A DNA stretch of 64,000 nucleotides from Candidatus Enterousia sp. (lineage in GTDB: Bacteria; Pseudomonadota; Alphaproteobacteria; Rs-D84): positions 1,796-65,795 of the forward strand of contig JAZNBN010000020.1 of NCBI GenBank assembly GCA_045587125.1, read 5' to 3'. The position numbers and the translations under genes are program-made. The stretch's first letter is position 1. Each line of letters begins with the position of its first letter. Below are positions 1 to 10,528 of this stretch, one piece after another. The notes beneath the pieces were generated by a model. It was not told where the DNA came from, did no database searches, and saw only the letters and a program-made list of their open reading frames with translations.

Positions 1-1452
1 AATCCATTTAATGGCCGTGAAATTCCGGTCTTTATATCGGACTATGTATTGGCGGATTATGGGTTTGGTGCAATTATGGCTGTGCCGGCACATGACGGTC
101 GTGATTGGGATTTTGCAAAAAAATTCGGGTTGGATATTATTCCGGTCTTGGCCGGGGGTGAGCCTGATAAAGTATGGGAAGGCGACGGGTTGCATATAAA
201 TTCGTCTTTCTTGGACGGTATGAATAAAACAGACGCAATTGCCGCCGCAATTAAGTATGGTTCAGAACACGGTTTTGCGCGTGCAACAACAAAATATAAA
301 TTAAAAGATTGGGGTTTTTCACGCCAGATGTATTGGGGTGAACCAATCCCATTGGTGCATTGTGAAAAATGTGGTTGGGTGCCTGTGCCTGAATCTGAAT
401 TGCCATTGATGCAACCATATATGTCTGATTATCGCCCAACAGATGATGGCGAAGGTCCATTGGCCCGTGCCACAGATTGGGTAAATACAACATGTCCATG
501 TTGCGGGGCACCGGCAAAGCGTGAAACAGATACTATGCCACAATGGGCTGGGTCTTCGTGGTATTTCTTGCGTTATTTAGATGCACATAATAATGATGCG
601 TTTTGTAATCGTGACCAATTGGATAAATGGATGCCAATTGACCACTATAACGGCGGTATGGAACATACAACACGACATGTTTTGTATTCCAGATTCTGGT
701 ACAAGGTTTTACATGACCTGGGGTTTGTGTCGGGCGTGGAACCATATAAAAAACGTACCAGTAACGGTTTGATTATGGCGGCTGATGGCACAAAAATGTC
801 TAAATCACGTGGGAATACAGTGCCAAGTTCCGATGTCGTAGAACGCAGTGGTGCGGATGCATGCCGTATGGCTATATTATATCTGGGACCATGGGAACAA
901 AGTGCAAATTGGTCCGAAGATACTTTGCGTGGTATTGAACGCTTCTTGAAACGTGTGGAAAATTTGTCTGGTAATTTAACCGATGAACCAATGACACCAG
1001 CCCAGGAAAAATTACAACACCGTTTAATCGCAGATGTTACAGACAGATTGGAAAACATGAAGTTTAACACGGCAATTTCTGCAATGATGGAATATATAAA
1101 TGCGTTTGGTGGTTCTATGCCCCGCCCTGCGTATGAAACGTTGTTACAGATGCTGAATCCGTTTGCACCGCATTTGACCGAAGAAATGTGGGAAACATTA
1201 GGACATGCGGACATGATGGTGTTTGAACCATGGCCAACATTTGATTCTGATAAATTGGTGGACAGTGAAGTAACAATGGTTGTTTCAATTAATGGTAAAC
1301 GTACCGCAGAATTTGTTGCACCGGCAGATGCAGATGAAAATACTGTTGTTACCATGGCAAAACAAGCCGCAGGTGCAAAATTAAACGGTTCAGAAATTAT
1401 AAAAACAATCGTTGTGCCAAAGAAATTGGTGAATTTGGTTGTTAAAAAGTAA
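1..1452 (+). CDS. leuS: Leucyl-tRNA synthetase (5'-truncated by window edge)
   Basis: YGFGAIMAVPAHD editing-domain motif, KMSKS motif, DWGFSRQMYWGEPIP, C-terminal VPKKLVNLVVK. Confidence 0.97.
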   Translation, partial: NPFNGREIPVFISDYVLADYGFGAIMAVPAHDGRDWDFAKKFGLDIIPVLAGGEPDKVWEGDGLHINSSFLDGMNKTDAIAAAIKYGSEHGFARATTKYKLKDWGFSRQMYWGEPIPLVHCEKCGWVPVPESELPLMQPYMSDYRPTDDGEGPLARATDWVNTTCPCCGAPAKRETDTMPQWAGSSWYFLRYLDAHNNDAFCNRDQLDKWMPIDHYNGGMEHTTRHVLYSRFWYKVLHDLGFVSGVEPYKKRTSNGLIMAADGTKMSKSRGNTVPSSDVVERSGADACRMAILYLGPWEQSANWSEDTLRGIERFLKRVENLSGNLTDEPMTPAQEKLQHRLIADVTDRLENMKFNTAISAMMEYINAFGGSMPRPAYETLLQMLNPFAPHLTEEMWETLGHADMMVFEPWPTFDSDKLVDSEVTMVVSINGKRTAEFVAPADADENTVVTMAKQAAGAKLNGSEIIKTIVVPKKLVNLVVKK

Positions 1453-1453
1453 T

Positions 1454-1481
1454 AAAAAATCCCGCATTTGCGGGATTTTTT
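1454..1481. terminator. Bidirectional intrinsic terminator
   Basis: aaaaaat-cccgc-attt-gcggg-atttttt between convergent leuS and bamD. Confidence 0.85.
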
Positions 1482-1492
1482 ATTTTGGATTT

Positions 1493-2212
1493 TTATTTTA
1501 ACTTTTTTGTCCATTCGTTATCTGGAAAATTTAATTTCAACATTTCTGAATATCCGTATGCCTGCTCTGGTAATCCAATTGCAGTATAACATTCTGTCAG
1601 ACGATATAATGCCTCGGGCGTCATGGCTGTTTCTTGGGCGTCTTGGATAATGGATTGCAATCTGTTTATTGCGCTGGTCCAATTTTCTTTGTGCATATCA
1701 TTACGTGCAGAATACATTACTTTGCCCGCAATATAATTTTTCAAGATAATAATTTTGTTTTCTGCATTTTTTGCATATTCACTGGTTGGGAAACGTTTGG
1801 TCAAACTTTCAAATTGTTGTAATGCGTATGCAGCCATTCCAGGTTCACGTCTGGCGTCACTGACCTGGCGATAATATGACATGCCGCGTAAATACATTAC
1901 ATATGGTGCATCTTTGTGCCCTGGGTGAAAACGCATAAATCTGTCGGTTACCAGTAATGTTCCGGCAAAATCCCCGTCCATGTAATATGAATATGCCGCC
2001 ATAACCAGTGCATCTGGGGCCCATGCACTGGCCGGGTATTGGGTTTCTGCCTTGGTAAATTCATTGGCGGCGGCTTCGTAATTTTCATCGTTAAATTCAG
2101 AATATGCGTTTGCGTATATTTCTGGTAATGGCATTTCAGTAACAATTTCTGTTTCCGATGCACAACCCATCAGTCCCCCTGTGCAAGCCAATATAATAAA
2201 AAGTTTTTTCAT
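1493..2212 (-). CDS. bamD: Outer membrane protein assembly lipoprotein BamD
   Basis: Lipobox LMGC, TPR helices, RFMRFHPGHKDAPYVMYLRGMSYY, FPTSEYAKNA. Confidence 0.93.
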   Translation of the reverse strand: MKKLFIILACTGGLMGCASETEIVTEMPLPEIYANAYSEFNDENYEAAANEFTKAETQYPASAWAPDALVMAAYSYYMDGDFAGTLLVTDRFMRFHPGHKDAPYVMYLRGMSYYRQVSDARREPGMAAYALQQFESLTKRFPTSEYAKNAENKIIILKNYIAGKVMYSARNDMHKENWTSAINRLQSIIQDAQETAMTPEALYRLTECYTAIGLPEQAYGYSEMLKLNFPDNEWTKKLK

Positions 2213-2263
2213 AATTATATTCCTGTCTTGTATTTCTTTACATAACGCAGTATAATCTAAACT

Positions 2264-3736
2264 ATGAAACTAGGCAAACATATTTTCGGTGTAGGTGCAA
2301 TGACTGGTATCAGTCGCATCTTTGGTTTTATTCGTGACATGTTAATTGCACGTGTTCTGGGGGCGGGACGTGTGTCTGATATATTCTTGGCGGCGTTCAA
2401 ATTGCCGAATCTGTTCCGTGATTTACTTGGCGAAGGTGCATTATCTGCGATATTTATTCCAATGTATACAGATTCCAAGAAAGATGAAAATTTTGCACGT
2501 AATGTTTTTTCTTGGTTGATGGTGGTATTGCTGGGAATAACAATATTATTTGAAATATTTATGCCGTTTATTGTGTGGGTGTTGGCACCTGGGTTTGATG
2601 CAACCCCTGGTAAAATTGAAATGACAACGGTTATATCACGTATTATGTTTGTGTATGTGATATTTATATGTGGGGCTGCATTTTTATCTGCCATATTAAA
2701 TGCGTTTTCAAAGTTTATTTTGGCGGCTTTTATGCCGGTTTTGCTAAATATAATGCTGATTTGTGCATTGTTATTTGCGATGATGTTTGGAACAACGCAT
2801 ATTTTATACCTGATGGCGGGAACGGTTGTTTTGTCTGGAATAATCCAATTCGGTGTTTTGTGGTCCCGTATTCGCAGTCGTCATTTTGGTTTGCGTTTGA
2901 TTGTGCCGCATTGGACCCCACGTATCAAAAGTATGTTTCAACGTCTGGGGGTCAGTATTATTGGTAATGGGTTTTATCAAATCACTATCATAGTTGGCAC
3001 TATGGTGGCCAGTTTCCAAAGTGGTGCTGTGTCTTGGTTATATTACTCAGACAGAATTGTTCAATTGCCATTTGCAATGATAGGTTTGGCGGTTGGAACG
3101 GTTTTAATGTCTTCTATATCAAATGCGATATCTAATAACAATATGCGCAGTGTTTATATTCAACAAAATTCATCTATGCGTCGTTCTATGATGCTGATAT
3201 TGCCGTGTGTTGTTGGGCTGTTTGTGTTGGCAGAACCAATTATAAAGTTTTTGTTTGAATATGGGGCATGGACATCTGCATCTACGATTGCGGTTGCACA
3301 TGCGATAATGATTCAAACGTTGGTATTGCCCGCAATGTTGGTCAGTCAGATTTACAATAAAACATTGTACGCAACCCAAGATGTCAAAACACCTGTTAAA
3401 ACCAGTATGATTTCTTTAAGTGTTGCGGCAATTTTATATGTTGTACTGTTCCCGATTGTTGGGTATTTGGCAATTCCAATCGGTATTGTAATCAGTGGGT
3501 ATTTAAAGAATTATCTGTTGGCACGTGCGTGTCGTAAACGTAATTTGATTCAGCATGATAAACGTACAACGTTGGCAATAATTATGTTTGGTGTGTGGGC
3601 GATAATATTAGGAATTGGTTTGGCAAAGGTAAATATAACAAACATTTTTGTATTGGGATTATCTATTGCCGTGTATGGTATTATATACCTGCCTGTTTCA
3701 TACATAATTGACCGTAGAATATTTTCACGAAAATAA
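2264..3736 (+). CDS. murJ: Lipid II flippase MurJ (MviN)
   Basis: SRIFGFIRD, AFKLPNLFRDLLGEGALS, YYSDRIVQLP; multi-TM. Confidence 0.95.
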   Translation: MKLGKHIFGVGAMTGISRIFGFIRDMLIARVLGAGRVSDIFLAAFKLPNLFRDLLGEGALSAIFIPMYTDSKKDENFARNVFSWLMVVLLGITILFEIFMPFIVWVLAPGFDATPGKIEMTTVISRIMFVYVIFICGAAFLSAILNAFSKFILAAFMPVLLNIMLICALLFAMMFGTTHILYLMAGTVVLSGIIQFGVLWSRIRSRHFGLRLIVPHWTPRIKSMFQRLGVSIIGNGFYQITIIVGTMVASFQSGAVSWLYYSDRIVQLPFAMIGLAVGTVLMSSISNAISNNNMRSVYIQQNSSMRRSMMLILPCVVGLFVLAEPIIKFLFEYGAWTSASTIAVAHAIMIQTLVLPAMLVSQIYNKTLYATQDVKTPVKTSMISLSVAAILYVVLFPIVGYLAIPIGIVISGYLKNYLLARACRKRNLIQHDKRTTLAIIMFGVWAIILGIGLAKVNITNIFVLGLSIAVYGIIYLPVSYIIDRRIFSRK

Positions 3737-3800
3737 ATTTGAAAAATGCCCTTTTTTATGATAAAATGTAATTATAAATAACTGGAAGGAGTCATTAACC

Positions 3801-4682
3801 ATGAACAAAATAATATCTTTTGCTGTGCTGACGGCTGTATTGGCTGGCTGTACAGATCTTAGTCAGGTTGGCACAGGTGCCGCTACATATGGTACACCGG
3901 TGATGACCGAAGAGCCATTGGTTGCAACACAACAGCCAACACTGAATGACGCATATTTATTGGCGGCTGCACCGAAATATTACATCGGTAACGCGTACAA
4001 GGTTGATGATGTTCAATATATCCCAGTTGAAGATTTAACATATAATCAAACTGGTGTTGCGGGTGTTATTCCAACAGAATTGAACGGTACAAAAACCAGC
4101 AATGGTGAAGTATTTGATGTTAACCAAATGGTCGCAACCAGTAAAACATTACCATTGCCAACAATTGCACGTGTAACAAATTTGGATAATGGTATGTCTG
4201 TGGTTGTTCGTGTAAATAATCGTGGACCATTTGTAAATACTCGTTTGATGGATTTGTCACCTGCGGCGGCACAACAAATTGGTTTTAATGGCCAGGGTAA
4301 AATTCAGATTCAGGTATTGGGTGATCAAACAATGGCTGTTAAAAATGCAACATTGGGCGTAGTTACACCTCAGCCTGTACAACCACAACCTGTTGTAACA
4401 ACAACTGTGACAGAGGCACCTGTGGCTGCGGCACCTGCAACCGGTGCATACAGTTTGCAATTGGCTGCATTTTATGCCCAAGACAGTGCTGATGCATTGG
4501 CGAATCGTATGAAACAATATGGTGATGCCGTTGTTGTTAACGAAGATGATATGTTCAAGGTTCGTATTATAAACATGGATGCATCTCAGGCACGCAGTGT
4601 AATTGATACATTACGTTCAACTGAAGGTATGGCCCCAGGATTGTTAAAAGACGGTCGTTGGGTCAATCCAGACAGTATTTAA
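3801..4682 (+). CDS. rlpA: Septal lytic transglycosylase RlpA lipoprotein (DPBB + SPOR)
   Basis: Lipobox LAGC, KTLPLPTIARVTNLDNG..VRVNNRGPF..MDLS, C-terminal SPOR-like YSLQLAAF. Confidence 0.88.
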   Translation: MNKIISFAVLTAVLAGCTDLSQVGTGAATYGTPVMTEEPLVATQQPTLNDAYLLAAAPKYYIGNAYKVDDVQYIPVEDLTYNQTGVAGVIPTELNGTKTSNGEVFDVNQMVATSKTLPLPTIARVTNLDNGMSVVVRVNNRGPFVNTRLMDLSPAAAQQIGFNGQGKIQIQVLGDQTMAVKNATLGVVTPQPVQPQPVVTTTVTEAPVAAAPATGAYSLQLAAFYAQDSADALANRMKQYGDAVVVNEDDMFKVRIINMDASQARSVIDTLRSTEGMAPGLLKDGRWVNPDSI

Positions 4683-4709
4683 AAAAATGCCCGTTTGGGC
4701 ATTTTTTTT
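4681..4709. terminator. Bidirectional intrinsic terminator
   Basis: aaaaaaatgccc-gttt-gggcattttttt. Confidence 0.85.
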
Positions 4710-5154
4710 ATGATATTTTTTGTACACGTCTGATACGTCGTTCACAGTCGTCAAATGGGCTTTCTAAAAATGTCTGGGCACATAAAAATGCAACTTCTAT
4801 ATCTATATCATCGGCCGCCAATGCCAAAACATTTATGTCGTCATGAAATCTGTCATCACGTGCCTGATTCGGTGTGTTGCAACGTGATGCACGAATATGG
4901 CGATATCTGTTGGCGGCAATCATTACCCCTGCCCCTGTGCCACAAATTATAATGCCACGTGATTGTGGGTCGTTCGCCATGGCATCTGCCAATGTGGCAG
5001 CAACGTCTGGATAATCAACCGAGGTGTTCGGGTCATCAACACCCAGATTAACAATTGTATATCCAGATGCAGCCAGCATTTCTATTAAATATAATTTTAA
5101 CCCAACACCACGATGATCAGATGCAATATAAACTTTGGTTACAGATTTATTCAT
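4708..5154 (-). CDS. rpiB: Ribose-5-phosphate isomerase B (RpiB/LacA/LacB family)
   Basis: IASDHRG, DYPD, ICGTGAGVMIAANR; ATG overlaps stop of upstream gene (ATGA). Confidence 0.9.
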   Translation of the reverse strand: MNKSVTKVYIASDHRGVGLKLYLIEMLAASGYTIVNLGVDDPNTSVDYPDVAATLADAMANDPQSRGIIICGTGAGVMIAANRYRHIRASRCNTPNQARDDRFHDDINVLALAADDIDIEVAFLCAQTFLESPFDDCERRIRRVQKIS

Positions 5155-5501
5155 TTGGATTTGTCCTTTCTTTTGGTTAATTTGCATTCCAGGCCTGTGT
5201 TTCCTGTGATGTTTAATGTGCGGTATGACAAAGTGCCTGTCATTTTGGCGGCACTAAACATATTGGCGGTATTTACCTCGGCGGAACCATCCAGTGTCCC
5301 ATGCAAGAACAATGTTGGTGTTTTTATTTCACCGACAACCAATCCACCACGTCCAATAACAATCGTAGTTGCGATGATATTACCGACAACTTCACCGTGT
5401 ATTTGGACAGTATGATCTGTAACAATGTCCCCTGTAAATTTGCAACCTGCCCCAATAATGGTTGGAGATTGCTTTTCAGTTGAATTTGTAAATGCCAGCA
5501 T
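5151..5501 (-). CDS. Bactofilin (polymer-forming cytoskeletal protein)
   Basis: TIIGAGCKFTGDI..VQIHGEVVGNI beta-helix repeats; follows an M23 peptidase as is typical. Confidence 0.85.
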   Translation of the reverse strand: MLAFTNSTEKQSPTIIGAGCKFTGDIVTDHTVQIHGEVVGNIIATTIVIGRGGLVVGEIKTPTLFLHGTLDGSAEVNTANMFSAAKMTGTLSYRTLNITGNTGLECKLTKRKDKSK

Positions 5502-5503
5502 GT

Positions 5504-6781
5504 CTATTCCTCTTTTATGAATTTTGTTGGGTCAAATGGTGCACCTTTGTATCTGATTTCATAATGCAGATGTGGGCCTGTGGAACGACCAGATGATCCC
5601 GCCAATCCGATAACAGTTCCCGGACGGACCCAGTCACCACGTGATACCAATATCTGTGACAGATGGGCGTACAATGTTGTAAATCCCAGCCCATGATCAA
5701 TTTCAACAGTTGTTCCATAACCAACACGTTCCCCCGCAGATACAACACGACCAGGTGCCACGGCCAATAATTCTGTGCCTATTTTGCCCGCAAAGTCAAT
5801 TCCGCGATGTTTTTTCGGTTTGCCTGTAAATGGATCGTTTCGTGTGCCGTATTCAGATGTAACCCTGGAATTTACAGGTTTACCCAGTGGTAATACATCG
5901 TTTAACTTTTTCAGACCGTTCCAACGTTCCAAACCGTCTGCCAATTTTTTATATTTATCATTTATGTTTTTATCCAATTCAATCGGTGTAAATACAGATC
6001 CAACAATTGGATTTGAATATTTGTTTACATCCCGTATTAATGTTTTTTCAGTTAAACCTAATGATATTAATGTGCTGTTTATCTTTTTGATATTTTGATG
6101 CAAAGAATCTGTGTTTTCTTTGATTAATGTAGAAACGCCGTCTACAATTTGATTATCTGCATCTGCAATTTCTATCATAGATTCCAGTAATAAATTATTA
6201 CGTTTTTTCAGTTCGTCATTTTCAGCACGTGTTAATTCATATTCTGCGGATAATTCGGATAATTTATAATATTCTGGCGAAAATTCTTCGTTTTTAAGCA
6301 TTTCTGATATACGGGTGTGCAAGAAGTCTAGTTCTCCCCATGTTTTTATGCGACTGTTCATCAATTTTTCTTTGGATTTATCGTCTAAATCTTTGTCATT
6401 TAACACTTTGTCATCTATTACATTTAAATCGCGTACTAATTCATTATATTTTGCAAGGTATGTTTGTAAATCACTCATGTGACGTGCGTGTGTGTCGCGA
6501 ACTTCTTCAAGTTGTTGTGTGCGTTTCTGCAACAAAGGACGATGATATACAAATACATATGTTGACCATGTCGCCCATATAATTAAGCCAACTTTGCCAC
6601 AAAAACGGGTGAAACGCCAAAAACTGCTTTGGTCATATGTGTAAACATTGCCACGTGGTGTGTCCATTACGGTAAATTGACGCGGTGGAAATATACGTAC
6701 GACAACACGCCAAACAGCACGAAATGGTGATGTTATAAATGCCCACAGCGATGTAAAATATCTTGTTATAAAGTTTATCAT
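5504..6781 (-). CDS. M23 family metallopeptidase with TM and coiled coil
   Basis: HRGIDF, YAHLS, GRSTGPHLHYE. Confidence 0.92.
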   Translation of the reverse strand: MINFITRYFTSLWAFITSPFRAVWRVVVRIFPPRQFTVMDTPRGNVYTYDQSSFWRFTRFCGKVGLIIWATWSTYVFVYHRPLLQKRTQQLEEVRDTHARHMSDLQTYLAKYNELVRDLNVIDDKVLNDKDLDDKSKEKLMNSRIKTWGELDFLHTRISEMLKNEEFSPEYYKLSELSAEYELTRAENDELKKRNNLLLESMIEIADADNQIVDGVSTLIKENTDSLHQNIKKINSTLISLGLTEKTLIRDVNKYSNPIVGSVFTPIELDKNINDKYKKLADGLERWNGLKKLNDVLPLGKPVNSRVTSEYGTRNDPFTGKPKKHRGIDFAGKIGTELLAVAPGRVVSAGERVGYGTTVEIDHGLGFTTLYAHLSQILVSRGDWVRPGTVIGLAGSSGRSTGPHLHYEIRYKGAPFDPTKFIKEE

Positions 6782-7461
6782 TTCTGGTCCAGTTTAGACA
6801 ATATGTCATAAATAGTCAAGCCATCACGTAAAACAGGTTCGTAATTCATTGTAAGTCCTTGGTATATTTTTGAAACACCTTTGGTTCCCAGACGGCCTGA
6901 TATTAAAACGCGTTCTGCGGTATTTTTTGCACCAAATAATGGTAATATTGTGATGTCGCCTAATTTCTTGGACATTTCAGAAATAACAGTTCCGATTGTT
7001 GCGGCATCTGTGATGATGCAAAATGTTCCCATTGGTCGTACGCGTGATATGCACTTTGAAACCCATAGATGTAAATTTGTATTGTGGTGTGCATTATGTT
7101 TTGCAGGTGTACCATAAAAATATGGTGGGTTTGTTACAACCAAATCAAATGTTTTATCTGTTCGCCATGTCGTAATGTCGGCATTTATTAAATCAATATC
7201 TATGTTGTTTAATTCGGCATTATCTTTGCATGCCTGTAACATAGTGTCAGACGTATCAATACCTGTGATTTTTGCGTTTGGATTGTTGGCAGATATACAT
7301 AATGATACACCGCCACTGCCGATGCCTACATCTAAAATATTACGGGCGTTCTGTGGTGTAAATGCGGCCAACCATACTGCGTCAGATGTTGGATTATATG
7401 TTCCCCGACGCATTTTAATACGGCCACCCATCAAAGTAAAAATGTCTTGTTTTGAATTCAT
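6778..7461 (-). CDS. SAM-dependent N6-adenine methyltransferase (tRNA1Val m6A37/YfiC-like)
   Basis: DAVWLAAF, LDVGIGSG, NPPY. Confidence 0.8.
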   Translation of the reverse strand: MNSKQDIFTLMGGRIKMRRGTYNPTSDAVWLAAFTPQNARNILDVGIGSGGVSLCISANNPNAKITGIDTSDTMLQACKDNAELNNIDIDLINADITTWRTDKTFDLVVTNPPYFYGTPAKHNAHHNTNLHLWVSKCISRVRPMGTFCIITDAATIGTVISEMSKKLGDITILPLFGAKNTAERVLISGRLGTKGVSKIYQGLTMNYEPVLRDGLTIYDILSKLDQK

Positions 7462-7501
7462 ATATTCTTATAATAGAACATCTAAAACAAAAGGCAAGTT
7501 T

Positions 7502-8491
7502 ATGTTGAATGAAATGATTATAGTACAAACAGCGGTTAGTGCTTTTAATAATGCGGCATTGTGGACCCCCGCTTTTTTATGGTGGGCGATATTGTCTTTA
7601 CCTTTGTTTGTATCTGTGTATTTCATGGGAAATGTTTTCTTGCGTCGTTGCGGTTGGAATAAAAGTAATATATTACAAAATATAACAAATTGGAATGCAG
7701 GGTTGGTTTTATTATGGGTTGTTATGTTTGGTGGCAACTATGCTGTGTTGCGGGATGAAATGTCTTTGTTGCCCATGTTGACGGCACTTATAATATTTTT
7801 GACATCTTTGTTCGTTTCTTCTTATGTGCGTACATTACCGCATTGGGTACATGGGTGGAAAAAATGGTTGGCGATATGTTTGTTGTTGGGATTTGTTGCG
7901 CAATCTGGTGGAAGTGTTTGGTGGGTTGTTGTTTTGCAGTTATGTGCGTTGTTGTTTGGGTGTGTACTGGGACGTGTTGCCGATGGACAAATGCGTCCGA
8001 TTGGTGGCAGTGTGTTGATAATTTTAACGACTGTGTCGGCAATTTTAATGCAGCCTGAATATTTCAGATTTGGACAATTAGGCAGTTTGACATTTTTTCA
8101 CTTAATTGCGATTTTGGCGGTTGGAATATTTGCTGTTATGGCATTTGCGTTATTTAATTTCAAACCACATGGGTTTATCTATAACAGTGCATATGTGAAA
8201 TTGAAATGGTTGGGACGTGTTATTTGTGTGTTGGGGGGTGCACTGTTCTTGTTAACAGAAGCGGTGCCTGTGTTCTTGGGGACTTTGGTGGCTGTGTTGG
8301 CAATGGTTTGGTTGTCCATAGCACATGCACAAACATTTGAAGTGGAAACGTTGGGCCATAAAGTTTTTGCCATACTGTTGATGTTATTTGGTGTGATTTT
8401 GGTAATGCCTGTAATTACATGCCTTGGGATTTTGTATTGGGTACATACGCCACAGATTATGTTTTGGTCAGAATGTAAAAGGTTGTTATAA
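7502..8491 (+). CDS. Hypothetical polytopic membrane protein
   Basis: About 10 hydrophobic segments; ATG at 7502 chosen because the longer ORF overlaps the divergent methyltransferase. Confidence 0.7.
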   Translation: MLNEMIIVQTAVSAFNNAALWTPAFLWWAILSLPLFVSVYFMGNVFLRRCGWNKSNILQNITNWNAGLVLLWVVMFGGNYAVLRDEMSLLPMLTALIIFLTSLFVSSYVRTLPHWVHGWKKWLAICLLLGFVAQSGGSVWWVVVLQLCALLFGCVLGRVADGQMRPIGGSVLIILTTVSAILMQPEYFRFGQLGSLTFFHLIAILAVGIFAVMAFALFNFKPHGFIYNSAYVKLKWLGRVICVLGGALFLLTEAVPVFLGTLVAVLAMVWLSIAHAQTFEVETLGHKVFAILLMLFGVILVMPVITCLGILYWVHTPQIMFWSECKRLL

Positions 8492-8576
8492 TTGGTTATA
8501 TTTATTTAATAACAATTATTGCCAGAATAAAGTAATATTCAGTATCGTTAAATTATAAAAAAAAGTGAGTTTTATT

Positions 8577-9374
8577 ATGGCAATACATCCAACAGCAATT
8601 ATTCATGAAGGTGCAAAATTAGGTGCAGATTGTAAAATTGGACCATATTGTATAGTCGGCCCAAATGTTGTATTGGGCGACCGTGTAGAATTGATTTCTA
8701 ATGTTGTTATAGAAGGAAAAACATCTATTGGTGATGATTCTATTGTGTACCCTTTTGCGGTTTTGGGCGTGATGAGTCAGGATCTTAAATGGCAAGATGA
8801 AAATACTATGACAGGTTTGCGTATCGGTAAACGTTGTAAAATTCGTGAATATGTTACCATTCATTCTGGAACACCTGCATCAGATGGTACGGTTATTGGT
8901 GATGATTGCCAGATTATGGTAAATGCACACGTTGGGCATGATTGCAAGGTTGGGAACAGCGTTGTTATGTCTAATTTAGTTCAGGTTGCCGGACATGTTG
9001 AAATAGAAGATTTTGTGATTCTGTCGGGTGGTGTGATGGTTTTACAATTTGCACGTATTGGACGTAATGCGTTCGTTGGCGGTATGTCTGGGGTTGGAAA
9101 TGATGTGTTGCCATATGCAATCTATGATGGGGCACGTGCTGTTTATCGTACAATAAATCGCGTAGGATTAATGCGTCATGGGTTCACAAATGAAGATATG
9201 CACGCAATACATTCTGTGTATTCTGCGGTGTTCCGTGATGGTGAAGGTACTGTGTCAGATCGTTTGGTCAAAGTACGCAAAGAAGTAAAGAATAATAAAT
9301 ATGCAATGGATGCCATAGATTTTATTGAAAATCGTTCAAAGCGTGGAATTGGTACTTCTAAGAATGCAGAATAA
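8577..9374 (+). CDS. lpxA: UDP-N-acetylglucosamine acyltransferase LpxA
   Basis: IHPTAIIHEGAKLG hexapeptide repeats, IREYVTIH, HVGHDC, AGHVEIED, INRVGLMRHGF. Confidence 0.93.
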   Translation: MAIHPTAIIHEGAKLGADCKIGPYCIVGPNVVLGDRVELISNVVIEGKTSIGDDSIVYPFAVLGVMSQDLKWQDENTMTGLRIGKRCKIREYVTIHSGTPASDGTVIGDDCQIMVNAHVGHDCKVGNSVVMSNLVQVAGHVEIEDFVILSGGVMVLQFARIGRNAFVGGMSGVGNDVLPYAIYDGARAVYRTINRVGLMRHGFTNEDMHAIHSVYSAVFRDGEGTVSDRLVKVRKEVKNNKYAMDAIDFIENRSKRGIGTSKNAE

Positions 9375-9378
9375 AAAA

Positions 9379-10509
9379 ATGAAAATCTTTATCATTGCCG
9401 GCGAGGTTTCTGGTGATGTTTTAGGTGGACGTATTATGTCCGAAATGCCAGATGCTGAATTTGTTGGTATTGGCGGCGAAAATATGCAGTCCACAGGATT
9501 GAAAACCCTGTTCCCAATGTCTGATTTGTCTGTTATGGGTATATTAGAGGTTGTTGCACATGCAAAGACACTAACAAAACGTATTAAACAGACTGTGAAT
9601 GCGATTTTAGAAGAAAAGCCAGATATAATTTTAACGATTGATTCCCCTGGTTTCGCCAAAAGTGTTATAAAACAGATTAAAAAATCAGAATCGGGTAAAA
9701 AACTGATAAAACAAGGTTTGCGTTTTCATCATGTTGTTGCCCCCCAGGTTTGGGCATGGCGGTCAGGACGTGCAAAAAAATATGCACGTACGTTTGATAA
9801 ACTGTATGCGTTTTTTGATTTTGAAGTGCCCTATTTTACTAAATATGGATTGGATACGGTTGCGGTTGGTCATCCAATTGCAGATGGTATAATTGGCAGG
9901 TTCAAGGCGACCACAAATGAAGATGCGGAAAAAATAATAACATTGGTCCCAGGCAGCCGTATGTCAGAGGTAAAACGTTTGTTGCCGTTGATGCGTGATG
10001 TTATTGATATGATGTATCGTAATGGATATATGGGGTACAAATTTGTAATTCCTGTGGTGGAAACTACGGCGGAATATATTGCTGGGGAAATAAAAAATTG
10101 GCCTGTTAAGCCAATGTTGGTGCCCGCAAATCAGCGTTACGATGTTTATTCCAAAACCTATGTCGCAATTGTGGCCAGTGGAACTGTGTCCGCTGAGTTA
10201 GCAATGATGCATGTGCCAACGATTGTTGTTTACAAGATGAATCCGATAACAACATGGATTGGGCGTAGATTGATAAAAGTAAAATGGGTTTCTTTGGTAA
10301 ATATTTTATTAAATCGTGGTGTTTATCCTGAATTTTTGGGTGGTGATGCCGTGCCGGAAAAGGTTATGAACGAATTACAATTATTAACTATACCATCTAA
10401 GCGTCAGAAAATGATTGCAGATTTAGAATCTGCAGATATTCTTTGGCAAAAAGATAGTGGTGGTGCAGGCAAGAAAATCGCAATGGAAATACAAAAAATG
10501 CTTAGATAA
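9379..10509 (+). CDS. lpxB: Lipid-A-disaccharide synthase LpxB
   Basis: IAGEVSGDVLG, IDSPGF, APQVWAWR, VGHP, PGSR, SGT. Confidence 0.95.
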   Translation: MKIFIIAGEVSGDVLGGRIMSEMPDAEFVGIGGENMQSTGLKTLFPMSDLSVMGILEVVAHAKTLTKRIKQTVNAILEEKPDIILTIDSPGFAKSVIKQIKKSESGKKLIKQGLRFHHVVAPQVWAWRSGRAKKYARTFDKLYAFFDFEVPYFTKYGLDTVAVGHPIADGIIGRFKATTNEDAEKIITLVPGSRMSEVKRLLPLMRDVIDMMYRNGYMGYKFVIPVVETTAEYIAGEIKNWPVKPMLVPANQRYDVYSKTYVAIVASGTVSAELAMMHVPTIVVYKMNPITTWIGRRLIKVKWVSLVNILLNRGVYPEFLGGDAVPEKVMNELQLLTIPSKRQKMIADLESADILWQKDSGGAGKKIAMEIQKMLR

Positions 10510-10528
10510 AAAATCTAAGCATTTTTAA

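Noticed and set aside
645-1514. 289-aa antisense ORF, and similar shadow ORFs opposite murJ, dnaK, tig and 44653..47091
   Set aside because: They fully overlap well-supported genes on the other strand, have no motifs, and are explained by codon bias.
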